Assembly (NCBI RefSeq): GCF_006345805.1
Contig: NC_043000.1
Coordinates: 57,226,001-57,290,000, forward strand
Reading direction: 5' to 3'
Source of the DNA: Octopus sinensis
Lineage: Eukaryota
DNA: 64,000 nucleotides
The notes under the pieces were generated by a model that searched no databases, was not told the DNA's origin, and saw only the letters and a program-made list of their open reading frames with translations. Shown piece by piece: positions 51,672 through 63,103 of this stretch. The first letter of the stretch is position 1, and each line of letters opens with the position of its first letter. Position numbers and translations under genes: made by a program.

Positions 51672-51957
51672 ACACACACTCATCCAAACAGGCATACGCA
51701 TGCATATTAGATTCAATGTGGCTGTGCTTGCAATGAACAGAAATAGATTGTCATCAAGTCAGATAAAATCAGTGATGGTTAAATTACAGCCTTGCAGATT
51801 TTTTTTTATTTATTTATTTATTTTGTATTTTAGATTTTTCTTAAACCAGCCACTGAATACTCTTCTCTCTCTGACACGCACACACACAAAAATAAGATAA
51901 TAAAAAAAAAAGAATAAAAAGACAGTATTGAGTCCCTTTCAGCTTTCAGTGATACTC

Positions 51958-52038
51958 CTATCGTTCTGCTATAAACAGTGTTACTTGTGGATACAACTTG
52001 AGCTGCTCAAAAGATTTCTGCTCATCTAGCTGAGTCAC
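51958..52038 (-). CDS. FAF1: FAF1 last coding exon VTQLDEQKSFEQLKLYPQVTLFIAER*
   Basis: Matches the FAF1 C-terminus VTQLDPNKSLLEVKLFPQETLFLE; TTTTCAG acceptor; TAG stop at 51960-51958. Confidence 0.95.
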   Translation of the reverse strand: MTQLDEQKSFEQLKLYPQVTLFIAER

Positions 52039-52081
52039 CTGAAAATAATAACATAACCATAAGCAATACAGCAAGAAAGTT

Positions 52082-52408
52082 AAACTTTACTGTGGTAGTT
52101 ACCATGAGAGAAAATCTCATATTAGCTTCTAGTGCAAAGTGTACTATTGTTTATATCACTAGTGGGAAGATAAATCCCAGCCACCTCCAGTACTGAGACC
52201 ACCAAATCATGTGATTTCGACCTTCCATCTCTGGCAGTTGAGCACCCATCACTGATAAGACCAAGGAAGATCAAAAACACGTGATCTGGTGGTCTCAGTG
52301 CTGGAGATGGTAGCAATTTGTCTCCACACTAGCAATATAAACAAAAGTCCATTTTGTCCTGAAAGCCAATATGAGAGATTTTTCTCATGGTAACTACCAG
52401 TAAAGTTT
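52082..52408. repeat. Fold-back element (MITE-like), arms of about 145 bp
   Basis: 52082-52226 is an imperfect reverse complement of 52265-52408; mismatches are mostly transitions; spacer about 38 nt. Confidence 0.9.
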
Positions 52409-53775
52409 GTTCTAACAGTGGAGATAAATATTACTTCTCTGTATTAATACTGACTGTGTTGCTAATATATATTTTTTAACAATTGAAATTTTAACAGTCT
52501 AATAATCCATACAGTATGTTTTACCCTGTCCCCCACTAATTGCCTAATCATTGCCACAATGATTGCAGCAGATTATACTTTGCTTGCAAGTTACTCGCTC
52601 ACTTCATTGCTGCTGGTGTCACATAAAAAGCACTCAATACACTCTGTAGAAACCTAAACAAAACAGACAGTAGAGCTTGTGCAGTCTTCTGACTTATGGA
52701 TTGATCAGTTTGACTGGAGCTGGTAAGGCCAGAGGCTGTCAGGCTCCACTGTTTGTTCTGGCAGGGTGTCTACAGCTGGACGCCCTTCCTAATGCCAACC
52801 ACTCCAAAGTGTAGTGGGTGCTTTTTATGTGGCACCAGCACTGGTATCATTTCTGTTGTGACAGATGGGTCTTCTTGATGATAACAATGTACCAGATATC
52901 TTGGTCCTTTGTAAAGGTTAGTGTCTTGAGAAAAATTTTACAATAATGAATTGTGAGGAGGGAGAGTGTTTCAACAACATCTAATACTAGACCCTGGTGA
53001 ATAAAATCTTGCAAATGACTGGCAAGTTACTCAGTGACCAAGATAATCCTTAAATACATATCACCTTGAAATGATCTCTATCCTGCAACACTTGGAAAAA
53101 CACTGATGAATAAAAAGGGAAAATATTTCTAACACTGCAGAGTTACCAAGGACTGGGTCCTTGGAGTTGTTTGTGTCACATTCCTAGCAATAACATCTTC
53201 AAGTTACCAGTAAAAATTTCATTTCTCCACAGTTAAGACTTTGTGGGATAAAAATAGCTTCTGGTATACACAGAGGTAACAATTGTGTCTTTCAACAAAA
53301 AAATGCTATCAACAGAGTTAATATCAACTACCAACAGAGTTAGCAGGGTAGCAAACCATGGGAGCCTGTACATGGTTATTAGAAATAGCAACAAAATTGC
53401 TTCAAATCACACCATACTCTTAAAAAGGGCACAATGGATTAATGTACCACTCAATATCCACAAAAGATGAAATGGTTGGAATGCCTTTGATCATAAGCGT
53501 TTCTGATGCATATCCAGTCATAGAAACCATGCCAGTAACTGACAATGGAGCCTGGTGCAGCCCCTGGCTTTACTAGCTCCATTCAAACCATCCAACATGA
53601 AAAATGCATGTTTAAATGATGATGATGCCAAACTTTAAGAAGTGGAGAATAGATGACTCGGCTTTTTCACATTTATTGCTGTAGTATTTTTAAGCCTACC
53701 ATTTCCAAATGGATGCTAGGTCCCATATATCAATAAAGTAGAATACAGTAAAGAAAAAAAAAAAGGTCAACTCAC

Positions 53776-53991
53776 ATCTTGTGGTGGAAATCTTGACAAC
53801 ACCTTGAAATCGTCGTTTGGATAACCTTTTAATGTGAGAAAATAGAATAAATATCTTAAGGGTTCATGTCCACGAAATCTCCGGGTGATGAAGTCACCAC
53901 TTGGCAGATGAAAGCGAATTTGGGTAATACCATCTTTACATTCTTCAGAAGGTTCGTTTGGAAGTTCTTTTGCTAACATTTCTCTTTTTTG
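53776..53991 (-). CDS. FAF1: FAF1 exon, UBX domain (QKREMLAKELPNEP...IRFHLPSGDFITRRF...LSRFPPQD)
   Basis: UBX pattern LP.EP...R..LPSG....RRF...KG.P...F..LS.FP; TTACAG acceptor, GAT|GTGAGT donor. Confidence 0.95.
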
Positions 53992-54989
53992 CTGTAAAGA
54001 AGAAAAAAAAATAAAAGATAAAATCAAAATACGACCAGTAACAACTAAATACTATTTATGGGGATTTTCCATGAAATTTTCTATTTATTCTTGATAACAG
54101 TTAGCATGCAAAACTGGTTAAACCTTTTGTTACCATGTTTCTGTTGAGACATGTTACCTTTATTTCAATTAAATTTTGAAAATATTGAATTTAGTAAAGT
54201 AACTTTGTTGTTAAGCTGATGTTTAGAACATAAATTAACATATTTTAATGGAAGCTTTTAATTTAGATCACTTTAAAACAGGGAACTATAGAACCAAGGA
54301 TGGTCTTGAATGAAATGGTGTCAAACAGGCTAAATCTAGTTCCATAAAGTCATATATTACTGGTGCATTAAAGATGTTTTGTTTCAGTATTCTGTAAAAA
54401 GAAAACACAAAAAAAACAACAAAACACAGCCTTTACTCACAAGTGATTACGACCTTGTAGCACACGTTTTATGCAAATTGCTTCAGGTTTCAGATACACA
54501 TGACCTAGACACTCTCTTGGCCTTCCTACCCCTAACCTAACAGAACATCCAAGATGAGACAGTTGCAACAATGTGAAATAAAGTGCCTTGCTCAAAGACA
54601 CAACATGCCACACACAAACTTATGATCATAAGCTCAACACCCTATCTACTAAGCCACTCATCTTCATGTGTCTTTATCTTTTCTACATTCATCATCATCA
54701 TCGTATAATGTCCTCCTTCCATGCTGGCATGGGTTGGATGGTATGACAGGAACCACCCAGGCAGAAGCCTGCACCATACTTCTGTGTCTATTTTGGCATG
54801 GGTTTTTTACATCTTAACACCAACCACTCTGCAGAGTGGGCTGAGTGCTTTTTATGTGGCACCAGCACAGGCAAGATCAGTTTTGACATGGTTTTTATGA
54901 TCTTTGTTAAAAACCTAAACAAAATGTTCTTGTGATATATACAGTAAAAATGGCCTCAAATATGACCAGGCAATCCTACCAAACACAAA

Positions 54990-57382
54990 CAAAAGGCCCA
55001 GTAAGAAACTCACAGAACAGATCTGAGAAATTTCATTTTCACATGAAAGACTGCTCTACAGCAAACTTGTCCAACTTATGCCAAAATAGCAAATGTTCAT
55101 TATCCAAGCTGGCATGAGTTGGACAGGTTGTTAAAGGCATGGACAATGGATGTTAAATGATGATGAACTTATTGTATCCAGTACTCAGGTGCACTACAAC
55201 TCATCAGAGAAAGAAAGCAAAACTGCATGAACCTTGCATAGAATATGCACAGGAAGTGAACAGTGAAATAAGCCAAAAAATAAAAAAAGGGAGGGGCACA
55301 TCTTGTGTAATGTCAGCAAATTTCAGAAATGGGATTGGACAAATGAATGTCAGAAAGCCTTTGAGGAAATAAAAAAGCAGTTAACATCAGAGTTATCATT
55401 AACCCATTTCAACCCAAACCTGAAAATAATTGCGGCATTGGATGCCAGTGAATATGGAATAGGAGCTGTGATACTGCATAAATTTAATGATGGTAAAATC
55501 AAAGCTATTGCACATGCATCAAGAGTTCTATTACCAGGGGAAATAAACTAAAGCCAGATTGAAAAAGAGGCGTTATCATTAATCTTCGCAGTAAAAAAAT
55601 TCCATAAATTCTTACATGGGCAGAAGTTTACACTGCAAACGGATCACTGACCATTACTGTCTATTTTTGGTTAAAAAAAGGGTATCCCCACGTACTCAGC
55701 AAACCGCTTACAGCAATGGGGGACTACCCTGTTGAACTACGATTTCCAGATGGAGTTTTTGCCATCAATCAAAATGGGACACGTAGACAGGTTGTCTAGG
55801 CTAATTCCAAAATATGAGGAACCTTTTGAAGACACGATGATTGCATCGTTAAAACTAGAAATGGAACTGAAGACCATCTTGTGCAATGTAGTACATGATT
55901 TGCCGGTAATGCTGGAACAAATTTAACTGGAATCAGGAAAAGATAGGCTCATAAACAAGATTAAAAAATATGTTGAGTAACACGAAAAATATGAGTGGGG
56001 ACGCAGGTTCAAAGCACTATTCAGTAAGTGATGAGTTATTATATGCACAGAGTGGTAATACCTGAAGCACTGCAATACAGAGTATTAAAAGACTTCCATG
56101 TAAGACGTCCAGAGATTGTCCGGATGAAGAGCCTCATGAGGAGTTACATTTATTGGCCGAATATGGACAAGCAAATTGAGACTGGTAAAACAGTGTAAGG
56201 GATGTGCTATAGCAGCAAAAGCACCCCTAGTGCAGATTCAATCGTGACCAAAAACGGATTCGGCATGGTCTATACTGCATGTGGATTTCGCAGGACCAAT
56301 AAATGGCTCTCGTATCATCGTGGTGGATAGCTATTCCAAATGGCCTCAAGTGTGTAAATGTTCAAGGCCAACCACAAATGTGACGACTGACTTCTTCGAA
56401 GAATTATTCACTCATTATGGGGTGCCAGATACGATCGTGTCAGATAATGGTACACAATTCACGGTGAAGGAGTTCGAAAGATTCTGTAAGTTGGTTCAAA
56501 TGAAGCATGTGTTAACTCTGCCATACCACCCAAGGTCAAATGGGTTAGCAGAAAGATTCATCAACACATTCAAAAGAGCTTTAAGAAAGACCAGACAGGA
56601 AACCCTTAAAGATACAAAGATGACAAAGTTTTTGCAGGTGCATAGAATAACACCGAAACCAAATGCAGAGTCGGGCAGGTCATCTGCAGATTTGATGCTT
56701 TCCAGAAAAATTTGTTCTATTTTTGATAAATTGTTGCTGAGTAGGAAACAGAAAATAGAAAATTCAGGAAGAAGAACGAAATTTTTTAACACAGGTGATG
56801 AAGTTTATTTTAAAATATATAGAAATGGTAAACAGGACTGGGAACAAGGAAGTATAACTGGATGTTTGGGTAATGGATGTACATGGTAAAAGGACCAAAA
56901 TATGAACACACAAAGCATATAAACCAATTAAAAAAGAGATATAGCAAAAATCAAGAGAGGCAAGAGGAACCAATGGATATATGGTATGATTTGTTCGAGG
57001 TCCCAGAACCACAAGCAGAACTGACACATAGGTCAAACAGGAAGAGAAAGCCTACAGAAATGATGGAAATTAACGCTAAGAGATAACGATATGCCAGTTT
57101 CTCAACAAGGAAATAAAATTGATAAATTCGGGTTTAGAAAAAAAAAACTCTCAAAAGGGGGAGGTGCAGTGTGGACGCTCCCAGACGATAAGTAGGCTAG
57201 TCCGATACATATAAATAGTGAACATAATAGCTAGTCATAGAAGCGTCGCGTAGAGCGAGCCAGAGCCATCAGTAGACTAGACATCGAGTTCTGTTGAGTC
57301 AAGTTGCTGGAAGTGCGAGTTTGGTAGTTGAATAGAGGTACGTTATTGGTGAAGGCACGCCATCCGAACGTGCGATATAACA
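54990..57382 (+). mobile_element. Ty3/Gypsy LTR retrotransposon remnant (RT-RNaseH, integrase, PPT, 3' LTR), antisense in FAF1 intron
   Basis: WDWTNECQKAFEEIK, DASEYGIGAVI, N*SQIEKEAL, DFAGP...VVDSYSKWP, IVSDNGTQF, YHPRSNGLAERF; stops and frameshifts; PPT AAAAGGGGGAGG at 57153-57164; no 5' LTR. Confidence 0.95.
57165..57382 (+). repeat. 3' LTR (TG...ACA) with TATAAATA at 57210-57217
   Basis: Starts directly after the PPT, ends ATAACA, CpG-rich. Confidence 0.8.
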
Positions 57383-57459
57383 CATAGATATATAAAACAA
57401 AGGAACAATGACTGTAAAGAAAAAAAAGAATACAATTAAAAATTTATTTTTTTGCTTAC

Positions 57460-57558
57460 TGCTTTGGATTTTTCATTCTCTACCCGCTCTTTTTCTTCAG
57501 CATCCTTTTTCTCTTGGGCCTCTCGTTCAATTTCCATGTCTCTCTGTCGACGTTCCTC
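57460..57558 (-). CDS. FAF1: FAF1 coiled-coil exon EERRQRDMEIERE...EKSKA
   Basis: 99 nt, E/K/R-rich, phase 0-0; ATCAG acceptor, GTAAGC donor. Confidence 0.88.
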
Positions 57559-58039
57559 CTGATGTCATGGAATGAAAAATAAACAGAATTCTTCAGTCTG
57601 TGTAACCCAGACATGGTTAATACTCAACACATTTCCCAGATACAATGCCAAATACTTCCCAGTTCTTCTCCCTTAGGACCTTAGCACTCTGCAAACATTG
57701 GCTTGAAAATGTTCAAGCTGAAACATCAACCTCATCAGACTGCTAAGACCATGGGAACTGCCACTTCTTTGACCAACTCACATAAATCAGGGACAGTGGG
57801 GAATGAAAAAAAGTTTCTAGCACAGACATAAGGCTTTAAATTTAGGGGAAGGGGCTAATCAATATCATGAACCCCAGTACTTGGGTAGCACTTAATTTTG
57901 TTGACCCCAAAAGGATTTGAATTCAGAATGTAAAGAACCTAAGCAAGTACCACAAGGTAGTTTCCTCAGTGTTCTAATACTACTCCCAATCACCATCCTA
58001 AAACAAATTAAATTAAAAACAACTAACTCTGTTACAAAC

Positions 58040-58120
58040 CTTCAGTCTGTCAGCAACAAGAGATGCAGCATAAGCCTCATCTTGTTGTTGTTTAATTGAT
58101 TCACGGATTTCTCTCTTATC
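58040..58120 (-). CDS. FAF1: FAF1 exon DKREIRESIKQQQDEAYAASLVADRLK
   Basis: QDEAY..SL.ADR coiled-coil motif; CACAG acceptor, AAG|GTTTGT donor. Confidence 0.92.
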
Positions 58121-59261
58121 CTGTGGAAAAAATTACAATCAAATTTAATAAAGTTTTTAAAATTGCTTATAGCAAAAAAATTCTTTCATTCAAAAATCAA
58201 CACCAATTCTTCCTCTGATTAAAAATATTTGGTATTTCAATTAGTAATGGCACTTATACAACAAGCAAATGTTACAAACTTAGTAGCCTTAAGCAAGTCT
58301 CTTCTACCATAAGCTCAGGTCAACATGAAACTAGATGAAGCTGAAGAAGGCTGCTTGTCACACACTCATGCTAAATCTGACTGAAGATCATGTTAAACTT
58401 ACAAGTGTATGAGGAATACTCAGCTACTTTGTCAGTGAGCAAATAGTCCCAATGATCATACTCACTGAAATGTTGGCAATCAAGTTATTTCTGAAACATG
58501 TTATGAGTCAATAAAAGAACTTCCATACCAAACAAAGGGATTTTCATACTTGACAACATACTGTGTTCTAAATTCAAAAGTATTAAATTCAGATGGAATA
58601 GCTTGGTTAGACAGTTGCCCAAAATAGAACAAGCAAGCATGTATGTAAGCACGCCCGCACGCACACGATTGTGTATTTTTCCTACACAACATGCCCTCAT
58701 ATCTCTAGTAATAAATGCTTATCTAGACGTTACCGGTGTAGGGTTTACTCTCAGCAAAAACCTCTATATATTTTTGTGTAAATAAATGGTACCATCAAAA
58801 ACATTAAATGAACACAGATTTAATATGCAACCAAAATCAGCCCTACCAATTATTCAACACCTGTTTAATGAAGCCCTTGCACTAGCATGGGTTGGGTTGG
58901 ATGAATGCATTTTCAAGTAAGGAAGGTTTTACTGTACTCATCTTGAAACCAAATAGCTATAAGAATTTATTGGCTGGGAAGTGACAACAAATGTCACTGG
59001 CTGTAGCTCAATGATATTTTGGGGAAAAGTACAGAGCGTGATTAATCAGACACACACAATACATACACAGATGTGTGTGTGTACATATGACAGGTTTTCT
59101 ACAATCAGTATGGCTATAGTAGAAGTTATTTGCCCAAGATACCATGTGGTGGAATTGAACCCAAATCATGCAGTTATGAAGCAAACTTCCTAACCACACA
59201 GCCATGCTTATCTCTAAATATCAAGAAGTGCATAAAGAAAGGATTGAATAAAACACTATAC

Positions 59262-59350
59262 CTCTTCCACCATATCTTTCCTTTGTTGGTCTTGGAAAAG
59301 TTCAAAAGCACTTATTAGGTTAGACATAAGTTCATCCAGATTTGTTGAAC
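59262..59350 (-). CDS. FAF1: FAF1 exon GSTNLDELMSNLISAFELFQDQQRKDMVEE
   Basis: Aligns to FAF1 GNTTVDELMMRL...QQQEDIKDE; TTTCTAG acceptor, GAG|GTATAG donor; phase 1-0. Confidence 0.92.
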
Positions 59351-59989
59351 CTAGAAATATAAAAGACTTTTTTTTTCAAATTCCAATAATTTTCTTCATT
59401 GATATTGCAGCACAATAGTACACAGGTAACTAATCTAAAATGTCTCTTCAGTTGCTGGATTATTTGAAAATGAGTAACTTTTAATACAAACCCACCTGAA
59501 ACTGCCCTGATTTCAGGATACAGAACATAATTTTAATGTATTCATATCTAATTTAAAAGTTAAAAATCTTTCATCATAATCTTATCAAAGAACCTCTTGT
59601 TAAGTTATTTCTCAAGTATCAGTTTAACAATACAAAAGTTATTTAATTAAATCCCTAGTTTGTTATCTTCAAACTGAAACAAATAGGTAGTATATTTCTT
59701 GAGGAATATAATTACAAAGGGGTTAAAAAAAAAACATCAAAGAATATATTAAATATTATCATCATCATCCTTTAACGTCCGTTTTCCATGCTGGAGAGCC
59801 AGCAGCCATACCAGGCTCCAATCTAATCTGGCAATGTTTCTACAGCTGGATGCCCTTCCTAATACCAACTACTCTGAGAGTGTAGTGGGTACTTTTTACA
59901 TGCCACCGGCACAGGAGCCAGTCCAACCCCTCAGATTGATTTGTCCTAAATTTGATATAGGCATTGTTATTTAAAAAATCATTGATAAG

Positions 59990-60900
59990 GTAATACCCGT
60001 TCTTAAGTCTAAAATTAGATTAGCCCTCTGGTCCGATACCCAAGAGGTGGTTGGATGGTTTAAGCTTCTAGAAATTAGTAAGAATAGTAAATTCTTGCAA
60101 CTAAATATAGAGAGCTATTACGCCACTATTAACCTGATCATTCCTAATCAATCCCTGATCTATAGCATGAAAAATTCTGATTTGTCTCAACACAAAATAG
60201 ATATTATACTTACCGCACGAGCCACTCTAATAGATTATGATGGTAGATTGTGGAGTAGATCAGATAGGGAGAAGGCATTTGATATAGCAATGGGCTCGTA
60301 CGATTCTGCTCAGGTCACTAACTTAGTTGGAATATTTATCCTTTAATTAATTCAATCTTCCTTTACAGAAGTAACAGAGGGATCTCTATAGGGATGATGC
60401 CTTATTTTTTTCTGGACAGAAGTAGCAAAGTACAGTCAGAAAGGCATAGGAAAAATTTCTTTAGACTTTTTCTACAAGAACTTCTAGATAATCTGCTAAT
60501 AATAAAGTTTTTGAATCGCATACAACTTATTATAATGCTGCTCTAGCTAGAGCTGGGTACCATAAAAAAATTCAATATATACAAGAAGCAGGTATACACA
60601 ACACTGGTAATTCCTCCAATTGTCATACACACAGTACACCAACACAATGTCACAGTTTGAGAACTCAGAGAATATAGGCCAGGAAGAATTGGTCATGTCA
60701 ATGAACTACCAACAAAAACCCATAGACACACAAGTAGTATATATTATTAATAATAATATATACTACAGACAATTTTTACTATCCAGTCAAGTGTACATGG
60801 AATTAACGATCAGAAGCATTCAGAGAGTGACTAGTAGCAAATAGTAGTCACAGACATTAAATATTGGTCGAAGTGGCTAGCTGTTAAATGGAACTTAACT
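59990..60900 (+). mobile_element. Penelope-like element RT remnant
   Basis: ORF 60047..60346 FLQLNIESYYATI...FDIAMGSYDSAQVTNLVGIFIL followed by YRDDAL, the PLE-type F.VTMGS.DGAE.CELVG / YRDDGL pattern. Confidence 0.8.
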
Positions 60901-61109
60901 GAGAGCCAATACGGTATTTGCCTGGATAATATATCCTTCCAAACTCTCTCTCTCTCACACACATCTCTGTCAAGCTTCTTTACCACCCAGCTTTACTTAC
61001 TACAAAAGTATTGTTTTCTGTAATCAAGCTATTTCACATTTAAGAACAATGTTTAAACAGGTTCTTTTCAACATGGAACACAAATCAAGAGTAGTTTCAC
61101 TTAACTGAC

Positions 61110-61246
61110 CTTGTATCACAGTTGAAACTTCATTAGTTGACCTGGCACGACTGATGATCAATAATAAAGGTAGTTGGTTTGGTATATAATTCTTAATTTG
61201 CATTGCAGCAACACTGCCAAAATGTTTGGTCGCATTACTGAGCAAT
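61110..61246 (-). CDS. FAF1: FAF1 exon LLSNATKHFGSVAAMQIK...NEVSTVIQ
   Basis: HFGSV...QLPLLLII...NEV..VIQG matches the FAF1 UAS C-terminus; GCAG acceptor, G|GTCAGT donor; phase 2-1. Confidence 0.93.
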
Positions 61247-61499
61247 CTGCATAAACATTTAAAAAGACAAATCATTAAGAAGTGGAAATGGTATTAAGAC
61301 TAAATACTCAGGAATCTGCTGCAATCATTCCTTTGTATTTTGGGACAGATCTCTTCAATTCTGCATTTCCTCAGTTTATTTAGTTGTTGAAAAAACAGTA
61401 TTAGATCATCTGTTAATGATACTTTTGCTAAATCGCCATCCTATCAAAGAAACATTTATCTCTTCCAGCCAAGTTGAGAATTAGCTCCCAACTTAGACA

Positions 61500-61945
61500 T
61501 AATAATCCTTTCTACTATAGACATAAAGCCCAAAATTTTGGAAGGAGGGAGCTAGGCGATTACATCAACTCAGTGTTGCAATTGGTACTTATTTTCTCAA
61601 TCCTGAAAGAATGAAAAGCAAAACTGATCTTGGCAGAATCTGAGTTTAGAATGTCAAGCCAGATGAAATGCTACAAAGTATTTTGTCAAGTAAGCAAACG
61701 ATTCTGCCAGTTTGATGTAATAATAGTAATCCTTTCTACTAAAGGTACAAGGCCTGAAATTTTAGGGGAAGGGACTAGTCAATTACATTGACCCCAATGT
61801 TTCACTGGTACTTAATTTATCGACCCCAAAAAGGTGAAAGACAGAGTCCATCTTGGCAGAATTTGAACTCAGAACACAGCGACAGATGAAATACCATTAA
61901 GTTTTTGCCCGGCATGCTAACATTTCTGCCAGCTGACTACCACAA
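61500..61945 (-). mobile_element. Head-to-tail family A SINE dimer
   Basis: Two copies (about 61500-61715 and 61730-61945) joined by a short AAT tail. Confidence 0.8.
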
Positions 61946-62295
61946 TAATAATAATAATTATTATTATTATTATCATTATTAAAGAAATAGATTGGCAGGA
62001 TAAGTAACACAGTGGTCTCTAAATTCTGACAAAGGCTTTTTTGTTAAAAGTTTTGAAGAGAAGATCTATTTATGGATAAATGCCCTTTCTTTGCCAACTA
62101 CTGTAGATGGAACAGGCCAAATATTTTTATCATTACACCAACACTAAACAATATTCTTCTTGAATAAATCATCTCACAAAAATGAAACTGAAGAAGCTTT
62201 TTGATTTAGTAATGATGTACAGACCTAGATAGATATTAAATTGTGAATTAGAATTTAAAAAAAGAATACAATTAAAAATAAAAGAAATTAATTAC

Positions 62296-62450
62296 CGTTT
62301 TTTATTCTTGTCATTTGTCATATCCCATGCCCAGACAAAAAAATTTTCAGTGAGGTAACTAACAACCTCTAGAGAGCATAAAACCTTCGAACAGAAAACA
62401 TTTGTGAGGATACTCTTGTCATCATGTAAATACACAGCCAGTGGTTTCCT
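62296..62450 (-). CDS. FAF1: FAF1 exon, UAS (thioredoxin-like) domain RKPLAVYLHDDKSILTNVFCSKVLC...VWAWDMT
   Basis: Matches FAF1 RKLLAIYLHHDESVLTNVFCSQMLC rather than FAF2; CCAG acceptor, CG|GTAATT donor; phase 0-2. Upstream exons are not in the window. Confidence 0.93.
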
Positions 62451-62514
62451 CTGGAAGAGAAATCAAAAGATGACAGTAAGAAAAACATCTGGTGAAAAGA
62501 AAAAAATTTTTCAA

Positions 62515-63103
62515 TTAACCCTTTAGCATTTAAACTGGCCCTAATATTGTATTTGTTTTATGTTTAGATCAGCCAGATTTGGCCTCTCGCAAATATCCTA
62601 CTTATGTCATTCTAAAAACAAACAAATCACCTCATCGAAATCTTGAAGCTACAATATAAGCCATAATTAATTCAAAACATCAATGTCTGGTCTCCATGCT
62701 GGCACAGGTTGGACGGTTTGACATGGAGTCAGGACAGATTTCGGCTCACCAGCTCCAACTGTCTGCTGTAGCATGGTTTCTATAGCTGGATGCCCTTCAT
62801 AATGCCAACCACTTTACAGAGTGTGACGGGTGCTTTTTACATGTTACTGTCAAGGATGTGTTTATGCAGAACTGGCACATGTGCCTTTTAAGTGGCACTG
62901 ACACCTGAAAGGACAAGCCTGCATGTGTGGAAGACAGTGATTTTACTGAGCTTGACATGTTTTATCAAGTACAGCAAATCACAACTTCTCGGTCCATTGT
63001 CATTTCCTCACTGAGGCCCAGTGTTTGAAGATCTTTTCTCACCACTTAATGTGAATAAATAAGCATTACATGTGACAGGGAAATCTGAAAGCTAAAGGGT
63101 TAA
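62515..63103. mobile_element. piggyBac-type MITE with TTAA TSD and nested RTE 3' fragment
   Basis: TTAA|CCCTTTAGC (62515-62527) ... GCTAAAGGG|TTAA (63091-63103); RTE-tail insertion at about 62690-63050. Confidence 0.8.

Noticed and set aside
57705-57745. Hammerhead-like CUGAUGA-GGUUGA/UCAGCU-GAAC on the minus strand
   Set aside because: GAAA is incomplete and there is no stem I; too degenerate to call. Similar weak cases near 11503-11540 and 34675-34735 were also dropped.
58485-58700. Minus-strand ORFs in FAF1 intron with a nearby GTGAGT donor
   Set aside because: No FAF1 similarity; the required phase 1-0 exon was found at 59262-59350.
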